From positions 14,902-78,901 of the forward strand of contig JAMCQZ010000005.1 of the NCBI GenBank assembly GCA_023380305.1: DNA of 64,000 bases, given 5' to 3'. The notes under the pieces are model-generated. The model searched no databases and was not told the origin of the DNA. It saw only the letters and a program-made list of their open reading frames with translations. Within the stretch, counting starts at the first letter, position 1. Each line of letters begins with the position of its first letter. The translations under genes and the position numbers were made by a program. Shown one piece after another: positions 37,221 through 46,000 of this stretch. Source of the DNA: Patescibacteria group bacterium. GTDB taxonomy: Bacteria; Patescibacteriota; Minisyncoccia; UBA6257; Colwellbacteraceae.

Positions 37221-38117
37221 TCATATCTGCAATCCTTTCTCGCCGTATAAATCAAGGTAGTCCTGTAATATGCCATCGCATGAAGATTTGTAGGGACACT
37301 CGGCACACAAATTAATGCGTACTTTATTGGAGTTCTTTTCAAGACATGGAAAAAACAAATCTCTGGCGGTTTTCGGCAAGCTGCACGGTAAAAATTCGAC
37401 TAGAAGGAACTTAACCGGCGATTTTTGATATTTGTTTTTTTGGAGTACTCCGGCGACGTAACGGCTGAGAGTCGGCATATGACAGACGACACCTTTATCG
37501 CGGGATCGCTTACTCAAAGGCGCCACCCATAAAATGTTTATTTCCTTGACCCCCAAACGAATCAATAAATCGAGCGTCAACTCAAGGGTCGGATAATTAT
37601 GACGCGTGAGCGGAACATTAACGAGGATGCTCAAACCTGGTTTTCTCAAAGCCATCAAATTTTTGATCCCCTGAACCGTTTGCTTGAAACTGCCCGGAAC
37701 TTGAGTCATCAAATCATGCGTTTTCTCGTCGGCGCTGTTGAAAGAAATCCCCACCTGGTTGACGCCGCAAGCGATCATTCTTTTTGCAAAAGCCGGATAA
37801 GAAAGCAGGCGGCCGTTGGTGGCGACGCTCACCTGCCTGAATTTCAAAGTTTTTACAAAAGCCAGAAGCTTAAAGAAATCCGGCCGCAAAGTCGGCTCCC
37901 TACCCATTAGGCTTATAAAATCGTAATGGGCCCTGACTTGTTTAACCTCATCCTTTAACTCCTCCAAGCTTTTGTTCCGGAGATTTTTCAGATATTCATC
38001 GGCTTCGCTGCAAAATGAACAGTTATTGTTACAGGCGTAACCGCCGTAAATGTACGGACTGACATATTCGTGGCCTCGATCCGGCCACCTTTTTTTATCA
38101 TTCAAGCGTTTAGCCAT
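37221..38117 (-). CDS. Radical SAM/SPASM-like enzyme (rSAM-3)
   Basis: GGYACNNNCSFC, and C-terminal CAECPYKSSCDGI. The track ORF extends to 38162; the MAKRLNDKK start at 38117 leaves a 2-nt gap after the upstream stop. Confidence 0.75.
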   Translation of the reverse strand: MAKRLNDKKRWPDRGHEYVSPYIYGGYACNNNCSFCSEADEYLKNLRNKSLEELKDEVKQVRAHYDFISLMGREPTLRPDFFKLLAFVKTLKFRQVSVATNGRLLSYPAFAKRMIACGVNQVGISFNSADEKTHDLMTQVPGSFKQTVQGIKNLMALRKPGLSILVNVPLTRHNYPTLELTLDLLIRLGVKEINILWVAPLSKRSRDKGVVCHMPTLSRYVAGVLQKNKYQKSPVKFLLVEFLPCSLPKTARDLFFPCLEKNSNKVRINLCAECPYKSSCDGILQDYLDLYGEKGLQI

Positions 38118-39081
38118 GGCGTTTTTTCGGACGAATCTTATTAACGATCTTTCGAGGATCATCGTGTCGCGGCTTAAAATCAGAAACTCCGTAAAGGACT
38201 TTCAGGCGCGGGTAAAACCCTCCGCAGATCTCGTTCATCGAACACTCGACGCATTGAGGAGCCTTGTTCGCCACCGTGTGATCGGGTTTTTTAAAATCGA
38301 GTATCCTCTGGCCGCTATAATAATCATCCAATATTTTCAATCCCGTGAATCGAAAGTTGGTCGACACGGCATGCGTTTCGAATCCTTTCACGTGGCATAA
38401 AGGCACTATTTCTGAAATATCAAAATTAATTTTATATTCTTCGCACTTACGACAAGCCTTCCGGAGATAAGGACCGATGTCGGCCATTCTGGGAATAATC
38501 CATTTGTTCTCCCAAGCCCAACCGTCCGGCACGACGATGCTCAAATTGAGATAGAATCGCCCGCTTCGAATGTCCAAATCATGAACAAAATCGATCATCG
38601 CCGGCATGTCTTTATAATTGACCGAGTTGATCACGTGAATCAAGTGAAGTTCAAATCCCAACTGGCTAGCGCTTTTAATATTGTCTACGATAGTCTTGGA
38701 CCCGTAATTAATGCCTCGCAACTTATTGCTGATTTCCTCTCTATGACTATGAAAGGCAAAATTGATGATATCTAAACCCGCCTTCCGCCAAGCCATAAGC
38801 TCTTTAACACCGAACATCGTGCCGTTGGTTTGGATCTCTACGATAAATCCCCGCTTCTTCGCCTCCATGATGATACCGGATAATTTTGGATGGAGCGTCG
38901 GTTCTCCTCCGGTTAAAATAACGCGATGGGTTATATTCTCTCTTTTAAGCCTGTCGAGCTCTTCCTTGATTTTTGAAAACGGATAATCATCCGACTCGAA
39001 GCCGACCGGAGGACGGTTGCAAAAAACGCACTTCTGATTGCATCTTGAATTTATCTGCAGATAAGTATGGGTTTCCGCCAT
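38110..39081 (-). CDS. Radical SAM/SPASM-like enzyme (rSAM-4)
   Basis: NSRCNQKCVFC, and C-terminal CVECSMNEICGGFY. Confidence 0.8.
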   Translation of the reverse strand: MAETHTYLQINSRCNQKCVFCNRPPVGFESDDYPFSKIKEELDRLKRENITHRVILTGGEPTLHPKLSGIIMEAKKRGFIVEIQTNGTMFGVKELMAWRKAGLDIINFAFHSHREEISNKLRGINYGSKTIVDNIKSASQLGFELHLIHVINSVNYKDMPAMIDFVHDLDIRSGRFYLNLSIVVPDGWAWENKWIIPRMADIGPYLRKACRKCEEYKINFDISEIVPLCHVKGFETHAVSTNFRFTGLKILDDYYSGQRILDFKKPDHTVANKAPQCVECSMNEICGGFYPRLKVLYGVSDFKPRHDDPRKIVNKIRPKKRHG

Positions 39082-40299
39082 TTATGGATTATCGTTTTTT
39101 ACGATCACGGCCATTATTTTCTTTTCTCGCAACGAATGCGCTAACGGCTGCAAATATCGCTCTATATAATCCGTTAATATAATCGCATTTAATTTGCCGT
39201 CCGCCAATCTTGATATTATCGCCTCGACATCGCCCGCATTTCTCAAACTGGCCCTGATTTTATTGCCCTTGAAGCTACGGGCGGTAACCGGCTTTAATCC
39301 GTCAAAACCGAATAATTCAATATACTCTCTCCAAAAACCCTGGCAGTAACCGGAAAGGATGCATCGCAAACAGTCCCTGTGTTTGTTTTTATAGAAATCT
39401 ACCGCTTCTTTTGACGACCATTCAAATTCATGAAAAACATCTTGACCGACCGCGCCAGCTACTTTTTCTTCTCCAAAAGACAATGATTGGAGAACCTTCT
39501 CTTCAAACCCCGGAATAATGCATAAAGGAAACTGGCCGCAAGCGGCTATACTCGTTTCATAATGATTTTGATTCAAAAAAATCAGAGCTTTCGTCAAAAA
39601 CGGTTTTAACAAACTAAACGGCACATAGATCCATTTATTTAAAACGGCATTTCCTTGAGGAAATGGGTAAGCTAAGGTGACGCTATGCACCGCCGGGAAA
39701 TTAGCGGAGATAAATGAACAAAACCTGGGCAAATAGCGAAAATTATCATTGGTAATCACGTGGTATACCGACATTCGGCGCTTGCTTTTAACGATAGCTT
39801 GCATGCCCTTGAACGTTTTCGAGTATGCTCCCGATAATCCGGTGATACGGTCGGAAATAACAGCGTTGTCGGCGTGCAACGAGACGCTAAAGACCAACTT
39901 GTGTTTAGTGTCCGCCTTAAAAACTTCTCCGGCGTAATGTTTATCGGCCATTCTGACAGCGTTGGTTAAAACCGAAATCGTCCTCAACCCTTTTTGCTTT
40001 TCCGCATAATCAATAATCTCGGGCAGATCATCGCGCAAGGTCGGCTCTCCGCCGGTTAACATAATTTCCTCTCCTCCGACTTCTGAAAAATCCTTAATAA
40101 CCCTTTTAACTTCTTTAAGATCCATCAAAGGAAAATTATGCTCGTTGCCTTTGATAAGGCAAAAATTGCAATTCTCATTGCATTGAGCGCCCAGGTTAAT
40201 ATAGAGGACTTCCGGAACGGCATCACCAGATCGTTCGAAAAACGTCTTTTTCTTGCCGGCGATCACTTTTTCAATTTTTTGAAGGGTGTTTTTTTTCAT
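39082..40299 (-). CDS. Radical SAM/SPASM-like enzyme with a C-terminal extension (rSAM-5)
   Basis: GAQCNENCNFC, then CLRCILSGYCQGFW, plus about 70 extra C-terminal residues. Confidence 0.8.
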   Translation of the reverse strand: MKKNTLQKIEKVIAGKKKTFFERSGDAVPEVLYINLGAQCNENCNFCLIKGNEHNFPLMDLKEVKRVIKDFSEVGGEEIMLTGGEPTLRDDLPEIIDYAEKQKGLRTISVLTNAVRMADKHYAGEVFKADTKHKLVFSVSLHADNAVISDRITGLSGAYSKTFKGMQAIVKSKRRMSVYHVITNDNFRYLPRFCSFISANFPAVHSVTLAYPFPQGNAVLNKWIYVPFSLLKPFLTKALIFLNQNHYETSIAACGQFPLCIIPGFEEKVLQSLSFGEEKVAGAVGQDVFHEFEWSSKEAVDFYKNKHRDCLRCILSGYCQGFWREYIELFGFDGLKPVTARSFKGNKIRASLRNAGDVEAIISRLADGKLNAIILTDYIERYLQPLAHSLREKKIMAVIVKNDNP

Positions 40300-41258
40300 T
40301 TTTCCGAGCCCAATAAATCAGCAATACAAGACCCGATATCTTTCTCCACCGCAGCCAAACCAAAAATCTGGGGGTACGGCTTCCAAATCCCGGCGCAACG
40401 TTTTTTCATAGAACAATCGGCGCAAACGCCGAGTCTTGTCTTATGGATATCCTCGTAAAGATCGCCTTTATTGCTAAAGCGTTGCGGATTATAACCGACC
40501 TGCTTGAACTCGTCCACGCGGCCTTGAGCGTCAAAAACCGTAATGTGTTGATCTTTAATAAGCCTTTTTCCGAGAACGCATACCGGAAAATCGAAAAACT
40601 CGACTTGGTCGAACCGATCGATGATCCCCGCCAGTCGGCGAATATTTAAAGAAAGCGTTTTGATATCAACGGCCAATTTATCATAAAATTGCTCGGCGTT
40701 ACCGAAAGGTATCAAATCGAGCAAGCCCCAAACGCGCACACCCAAATTCGAAAGAAATTCCCCCGTTTCCAAAAGATAGCCACAATTCAAACGACAGACG
40801 ACAGTATTGACGCTTAAGGTGACGTCTTTACGCGCCAAAATATTTTTGATGCCGGCGACGGTCTGTTTAAACGAATCCGGAGTCCTCGCAATGGCATTAT
40901 GTGTTTTAGCGTTCGGTCCGTAAAGCGTCAAAGTGATGCGGTTTAACCCTGCATCCGCAGCTTTATTTAAAAAACGTTCGTAACCGAACATCCGGCCGTT
41001 GGTGCTCATGGCAATTTCCGTAAAACCGCTCTTTTTAGCCGCGGCGATTAAAGCAAAAATATCCGGCCGGATGGTCGGCTCTCCGCCGGTGAATTCCACG
41101 CGCGCGTAACCGGATCGTCGTCCCTCGTCAATCAGTTTTAAGATATCCCGCGTATTTTTGTCCTTGTTCAACTTCGCTTGCGGCCGCAAAGAACAAAGCA
41201 AGCAATTATTATTGCAAGAGAATCCCGTCATAATTAGCCACAACTTACTTGTGTCCAT
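40296..41258 (-). CDS. Radical SAM/SPASM-like enzyme (rSAM-6)
   Basis: GFSCNNNCLLC, and C-terminal CADCSMKKRCAGIW. Confidence 0.8.
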   Translation of the reverse strand: MDTSKLWLIMTGFSCNNNCLLCSLRPQAKLNKDKNTRDILKLIDEGRRSGYARVEFTGGEPTIRPDIFALIAAAKKSGFTEIAMSTNGRMFGYERFLNKAADAGLNRITLTLYGPNAKTHNAIARTPDSFKQTVAGIKNILARKDVTLSVNTVVCRLNCGYLLETGEFLSNLGVRVWGLLDLIPFGNAEQFYDKLAVDIKTLSLNIRRLAGIIDRFDQVEFFDFPVCVLGKRLIKDQHITVFDAQGRVDEFKQVGYNPQRFSNKGDLYEDIHKTRLGVCADCSMKKRCAGIWKPYPQIFGLAAVEKDIGSCIADLLGSEK

Positions 41259-42264
41259 TTTCTCTTTTTATACTTTGAGTTTTTTCTAGGTCGCTGCTTT
41301 TAACTAAAATCGGTATATAGGGATGATCCTTCTTTTTCTTAATAAGACTCTTTCCGTCCTTATAGACCTCGAAGAAATCAGGCGTCATCGTCAAACGATT
41401 TCCCTCGACAATCTTTTTCTGGACCATCCGCAATTCTGCCAGATAAGAGCTGTCATTGTCTTGATAAAACTCGGCAGAAGTTATTCGCGGCTCCATTTTT
41501 TTATAGGCGATTTCGGAGTGCAGGAAATCGTCGCTTTGAAAATCGCCTTTTAATAAAATCCTGTCGGCACAATTCCAATAAAGCGCAGCATAATTCTTAA
41601 GCTGGTCTTCGGTTTCAGCGACAAAATCGGGCGCGACGTCTCTCATGGCGTCTAAAATAGCATCGACGTATTTTTTGCTCGGAGAACAATCCAGGCTACA
41701 AGGAAAATGAGGTATCAGAGACAATATAAAAACATTCAACTGCCAAGCTACTTTTTTCGATCTTTTCAACGATTCAACGGCCGGATTTCGAAAACCGAAA
41801 TTATCCGGGTTCGCATCGTTATTATTAAGATAATTTCCGAATTCGAGGCAACAGTCGGGATATCCCATGAGTTTCCCAAAACTTTTTCCATAACGGCTGT
41901 CGAGCATTTTCCAGTGATAATGAGCGACGGCGCTCAAAGCCTTTTTCCGGTCTTTAGAGATACCGATGATCAGGTTCCCGTCGCGAGGATCATCAAGACT
42001 GACTTCTTGGAAGATACCCCTCGGACTGTTGATAATGTATTTTCGACGGGAAAAAGCCATTTTTAACCCCAATTCCGAGCACAACTCTCCCAGTTTTTTT
42101 AATCTCGCGGGCGTGGAGACGTCATAGACACCGGTGTTAGCCTCGGCCATGGCCGGCTTGATGTCGTACACCACGCCAAGAAGCTCAAGCGACGACAAAT
42201 AAAATAACTGACCGATTTCCAAAACCTTATTGTAAACCTCTGTTTTATTTGTCGTTTTTGGCAT
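41245..42264 (-). CDS. Hypothetical protein with conserved Cys motifs, embedded in the rSAM array; not a radical SAM enzyme
   Basis: It has no CxxxCxxC motif but carries MGYPDCCLEFG and LIPHFPCSLDC. The track ORF extends to 42444, and the start was trimmed to MPKTTNK. Confidence 0.5.
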   Translation of the reverse strand: MPKTTNKTEVYNKVLEIGQLFYLSSLELLGVVYDIKPAMAEANTGVYDVSTPARLKKLGELCSELGLKMAFSRRKYIINSPRGIFQEVSLDDPRDGNLIIGISKDRKKALSAVAHYHWKMLDSRYGKSFGKLMGYPDCCLEFGNYLNNNDANPDNFGFRNPAVESLKRSKKVAWQLNVFILSLIPHFPCSLDCSPSKKYVDAILDAMRDVAPDFVAETEDQLKNYAALYWNCADRILLKGDFQSDDFLHSEIAYKKMEPRITSAEFYQDNDSSYLAELRMVQKKIVEGNRLTMTPDFFEVYKDGKSLIKKKKDHPYIPILVKSSDLEKTQSIKRENGHK

Positions 42265-43180
42265 GTCGGCGCGTTTTGACGACCGGTCGGAATTCTCCCC
42301 ATCCGAAAATATCTGGATATTCTCTCCACGGTCCTTCGCATATCTTATTATGCTTGCATTTAATACACAAAGAGCCCTTGGCTTTCCCGCGTTCGCGCCG
42401 ATACGTGGCATAATCTTTAATATCGATATTGGCGTCGAACACATGGGCGTCCGGTATAATCTGTTCGGCGATATAAGTCTCGTAACCGGCCATCAAACAG
42501 TATGGTATAGCTTCGGTCATGCAATTAACGCCCGCTTTCTTGCCTATATCTAAAGCTTCCTTGACGTACGGCATCACATCGGTCACTCGCGGAACGATTT
42601 CTTCTATCTGGCACAGATCGTGGGCGATCAAATTGTTGATGTGGATAAAAGCGCATTGGAATTGGTCAACGCCGAGCCGCACTAAAAGCCTGGCGATGTT
42701 CGGTAAATCTTTATAATTAATTTTGGTGATGACCGTATTCGTCATCACCCGCTTGCGAAGTCCAACAAGGTTTTTGATGCCCTGGACGGTCTGATCGAAG
42801 CTTCCTGGAGAACGCGTCAATTTGTCATGGATAGCCGCGGTCGAACCATGCAATGCCGGGCTGAAATCATCGGCTCCGGCGCGAATTATTTCTTTACAAT
42901 AATCAAGATAGGCGAACACCCGGCCGTTTGTCTGGATCTGAATGGGTTTATAACCCAACTTGTGGGCATAGGCCACTGCCTCCAAAAGCAACTCTTTTCT
43001 CAAGGTTGGCTCTCCTCCGGTGAAGACGACCTCGTCGCATCCTTCTTTCCAGCTCTGTTTCAAAATGGACTTTATCTCCTCGATCGGACGATTCGGATAA
43101 TGATATCTTTTATCTCCCTGAACGCAGAAAACACAATGATTATTGCACTGAAAACCCATTTTTAAATCCAACCTTTTCAT
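42245..43180 (-). CDS. Radical SAM/SPASM-like enzyme (rSAM-7)
   Basis: GFQCNNHCVFC, and C-terminal CIKCKHNKICEGPW. Confidence 0.8.
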   Translation of the reverse strand: MKRLDLKMGFQCNNHCVFCVQGDKRYHYPNRPIEEIKSILKQSWKEGCDEVVFTGGEPTLRKELLLEAVAYAHKLGYKPIQIQTNGRVFAYLDYCKEIIRAGADDFSPALHGSTAAIHDKLTRSPGSFDQTVQGIKNLVGLRKRVMTNTVITKINYKDLPNIARLLVRLGVDQFQCAFIHINNLIAHDLCQIEEIVPRVTDVMPYVKEALDIGKKAGVNCMTEAIPYCLMAGYETYIAEQIIPDAHVFDANIDIKDYATYRRERGKAKGSLCIKCKHNKICEGPWREYPDIFGWGEFRPVVKTRRHAKNDK

Positions 43181-45147
43181 AACGCTGTCTTATTAATCGA
43201 TTTTATCTTTGAAATTTGACAAAAATCCCGATAAATCTCTTCTCTATCCGCATACGCCTTAAAATTTTTGCGGCCCGTTTTTCCCGCCGCGAAGCGCACT
43301 TTGTCGTCCGCAACGCGATACAGTTCAAGACATTCCTTATAGGTTTGGGGCAATTCTAATTCCGCACAAAAGGACGCGTAGTTTTCCGGCCACAATCCTT
43401 TGGGAAGAGGCTCTGTTATTTTAAAATAGACCCGGTTTTTGCGTAAGGCCCTTAAAAATTGAAGGATTTTCTTGCCATTTTGAGGATTGATATCTTTAAG
43501 TTTTAGTTGAAAATTCAAAAGCACCGCCGTCAGTTCCTCTCGGCTGTTTTTATATTCGATTATCTTTTTTTTCAAGTCCTGAAGACGGTCTAATCGGTCG
43601 ACGATAATATAGGGATTTTTGGCAAGGTCTTCGCCGTTTTTACTCATTCGCAGTTCAAAATCTGTATACAACATAGAATAGAATAGTTTGCTCCCTCTGT
43701 ACGCCAAACAGGGTTTTTTATTAATCAAATAACGCTCGGCCAGATAGGCGAAGGCGTAAACAAGACCGTTTTTTTGATCGGCGTCGCAGCTGCGTTTCTC
43801 GGGGTCAATGCTTCCGTATTTCATGCCCAAGGCATACAAACAAATCGGCGAACAGGGAGACACTAAAGAGCACGAATCGCAGTGATTTATCGCAAACTGG
43901 TGATCAATCACATCTACCAATCGGTTAAGTTTCTTGAAATCCATTTTAATTCGTTTCGTCCCGCGATCATAACGCCCGATAAGAAAATCCTTCATAAAAG
44001 GATACTGTGTAAAATCCCAAGAGCTCGTATGCCGTGAACAGGACGACACATAGCCGTCAGGGTCAACAATAAAATAATTTTTGGTATAGATGCCGCAAGT
44101 CAACGTGTTACCCAGGGCACCGAAATTAGCCCCTCGTACGTTCATCCGCAACTCATCTTGAAGCTCCATAAACTTTTGAGCCTCTTTGAAATAAATCGTG
44201 GGGCGCTGGAAAGCTTGATAGGCTATCGATCCTTTCTTATCATCGGCCGTCTTATAAAGCTGTTCCGCAATGCCGCTGAAATTAAGCGAGCTGATATCCA
44301 ACGTCCTTACGCCCAATTGCCAAAAATAATTAATCACCCTCAAATCATTTTCATAAAATTCGTCAACAGCGGTGGTTCTCACCCTGAAGGGCGCCTTTTT
44401 TTTGACAAAATATTTGATTGTCTTTTCGACAAATTTACTACTCGCCCTACCGTTAGCCAACGGCCTATATTTGTCTTGGATAAAAGCCGGCCCATCGCAG
44501 GAAATCTGCGGAAAACCGGCATTATTAATCAGCCAATCCGCCACCGACCGAGAGATCACTCCGTTGGTCGAAATGGGCTGGATGACTACTTTGGGGATTC
44601 TTTTTTTTGCATAATCCAATATTTTTTTCAACAATTCAAACTCCAGGGTGTTCTCCCCTCCTCCTATCAACTTAAGGTTTAATTCGCCGCCGCAATATTT
44701 GGAGACGAAATCGATAGCAGCTTTCGCTATCGAAAACGGCATTATCTTGTTCTTTTCCCTCCGACCCGCTGACGCGTAACAATAACGGCACCTCAAATTG
44801 CAGTTCAGAGTTAAGTTCAATCCCAAATCTCTAAAATAATACGGCGGCTTATATATCCGCGGTCGATCGGTTTTAGGAACAATAATATTGAGATCTAAAA
44901 GTAGCTGGGGAATGGGTTCTGTCTCTGAAAAATGCCTGATATATTTGTCATAGTCTTCTAATGAAAATCTAAATATCTTGGCCAAGACAAAAGAAAAGAT
45001 GATAATTCCATCTCTCAAGGTCCATAAAGGAGTCAGATTCGGATTAATCTCAAACCTAATATTTTGAGGCAAGTTGAGTATCCTCCCGCCCTCTGCGCTT
45101 TCTACATGATAGAAACTTTTCTTTAAATCTATAATTTTTACCAACAT
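43177..45147 (-). CDS. Large radical SAM/SPASM enzyme (rSAM-8, 656 aa) with N- and C-terminal extensions; candidate HxsB/HxsC-type maturase
   Basis: LTLNCNLRCRYCYASAG, a SPASM-like cluster CGIY...CSRH...CDSCSLVSPCSPIC, and an extra ~100-aa N-terminal domain that could be a peptide-binding region. It lies immediately downstream of the precursor. Confidence 0.8.
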   Translation of the reverse strand: MLVKIIDLKKSFYHVESAEGGRILNLPQNIRFEINPNLTPLWTLRDGIIIFSFVLAKIFRFSLEDYDKYIRHFSETEPIPQLLLDLNIIVPKTDRPRIYKPPYYFRDLGLNLTLNCNLRCRYCYASAGRREKNKIMPFSIAKAAIDFVSKYCGGELNLKLIGGGENTLEFELLKKILDYAKKRIPKVVIQPISTNGVISRSVADWLINNAGFPQISCDGPAFIQDKYRPLANGRASSKFVEKTIKYFVKKKAPFRVRTTAVDEFYENDLRVINYFWQLGVRTLDISSLNFSGIAEQLYKTADDKKGSIAYQAFQRPTIYFKEAQKFMELQDELRMNVRGANFGALGNTLTCGIYTKNYFIVDPDGYVSSCSRHTSSWDFTQYPFMKDFLIGRYDRGTKRIKMDFKKLNRLVDVIDHQFAINHCDSCSLVSPCSPICLYALGMKYGSIDPEKRSCDADQKNGLVYAFAYLAERYLINKKPCLAYRGSKLFYSMLYTDFELRMSKNGEDLAKNPYIIVDRLDRLQDLKKKIIEYKNSREELTAVLLNFQLKLKDINPQNGKKILQFLRALRKNRVYFKITEPLPKGLWPENYASFCAELELPQTYKECLELYRVADDKVRFAAGKTGRKNFKAYADREEIYRDFCQISKIKSINKTAL

Positions 45148-45217
45148 AAAATTTTTTAGAATAGAGACATTCTAACGCGTAGAAAATGATCCGCAAGTTC
45201 CATCCAAAATTTTATTT

Positions 45218-45994
45218 TTATGGATAGAACTCGTATATGCCGCTATTGTGGCAACAAGACGAATAGTGGGCGGAATGGGATCCATGGGAAGAATGGGAGC
45301 CATGGGAAACATGGGAGCCATGGGAAACATGGGAACCGTGAGAAGAATGGGAAGAATGAGAAGAGTGGGAGCCATGGGAAGAGTGGGAGCCATGGGAAGA
45401 GTGGGAGCCATGGGAAGAGTGGGAGCCATGGGAGCCATGGGAAGAGTGGGAGCTGTGGGAGGAATGGGAGCCATGGGATCCATGGGAAGAGTGGGAGCCA
45501 TGGGAAGAGTGGGAGCCATGGGAAGAGTGGGAGCCATGGGAAGAGTGGGAGCCATGGGAAGAGTGGGAGCCATGGGAAGAGTGGGAGCCATGGGAAGAGT
45601 GGGAGCCATGGGAGGAGTGGGAGCCATGGGATCCGTGGGAAGAGTGGGAGCTGTGGGAGGAGTGGGAGCCATGGGAAACATGGGAACCGTGGGAAGTATG
45701 CGAAGAATGGGATGTATGTTGTCCTTTGCCGGCGACATTTTCAAACTGGCTTGTGTGGTTGGCCGCAGTCGGCGGCGCCGGAATAACCGTCTCATCTCCG
45801 GACTGATGCTGGGCGCCTCCGGTGATGTTTTGAAAATAACTCCGATGAGCGGCGGAGGCCACTTTCGTCAGCATCAAACCGAGCATCGCCAAACCGGCGC
45901 CCAACTCCAGGACGTTCTTTTTACTGATCCTGCCTTCTTCGCTGTTTAGAAAACACTCGATCTTCTTTTTAAATATCGGCAAGTTATTTTTCAT
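45218..45994 (-). CDS. His-Xaa-Ser repeat precursor-like protein (HxsA-like): signal-peptide-like N-terminus plus ~50 tandem H-x-S triplets
   Basis: 258 aa. The N-terminus KKNVLELGAGLAMLGLMLTKVASAA resembles a signal peptide. The C-terminal ~150 aa are almost purely (S-H-G-S-H-S)n with occasional T or V, and the protein ends AHYSSCCHNSGIYEFYP. It is co-oriented with the rSAM genes and tightly spaced between them. Confidence 0.7.
   Translation of the reverse strand: MKNNLPIFKKKIECFLNSEEGRISKKNVLELGAGLAMLGLMLTKVASAAHRSYFQNITGGAQHQSGDETVIPAPPTAANHTSQFENVAGKGQHTSHSSHTSHGSHVSHGSHSSHSSHSSHGSHGSHSSHGSHSSHGSHSSHGSHSSHGSHSSHGSHSSHGSHSSHGSHSSHGSHGSHSSHSSHSSHGSHGSHSSHGSHSSHGSHSSHGSHSSHSSHSSHGSHVSHGSHVSHGSHSSHGSHSAHYSSCCHNSGIYEFYP
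45268..45718. repeat. Tandem 18-nt (2 x 9-nt) DNA repeat of about 24 copies that encodes the His-Xaa-Ser repeats
   Basis: The unit GGGAGCCATGGGAAGAGT recurs with minor variants. All four frames are open, and the minus frame gives SSHGSH. Confidence 0.9.
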
Positions 45995-46000
45995 GAAGAG

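Noticed and set aside
45268-45718. Possible CRISPR array because of the regular short repeats
   Set aside because: The units are contiguous with no spacers, are only 18 nt long, lie inside an ORF and keep the reading frame, and no cas genes are nearby. It is a coding tandem repeat.
45172-45949. Three alternative ORFs across the tandem repeat: minus-strand APTLPM frame, plus-strand GSHGKS frame and plus-strand GAMGRV frame
   Set aside because: All frames stay open across an 18-nt in-phase repeat by construction. Only the minus SHGSHS frame is co-oriented with and tightly spaced to the flanking rSAM genes, and it matches a known His-Xaa-Ser repeat family. The others are treated as shadow ORFs, although this has not been formally excluded without coding statistics.
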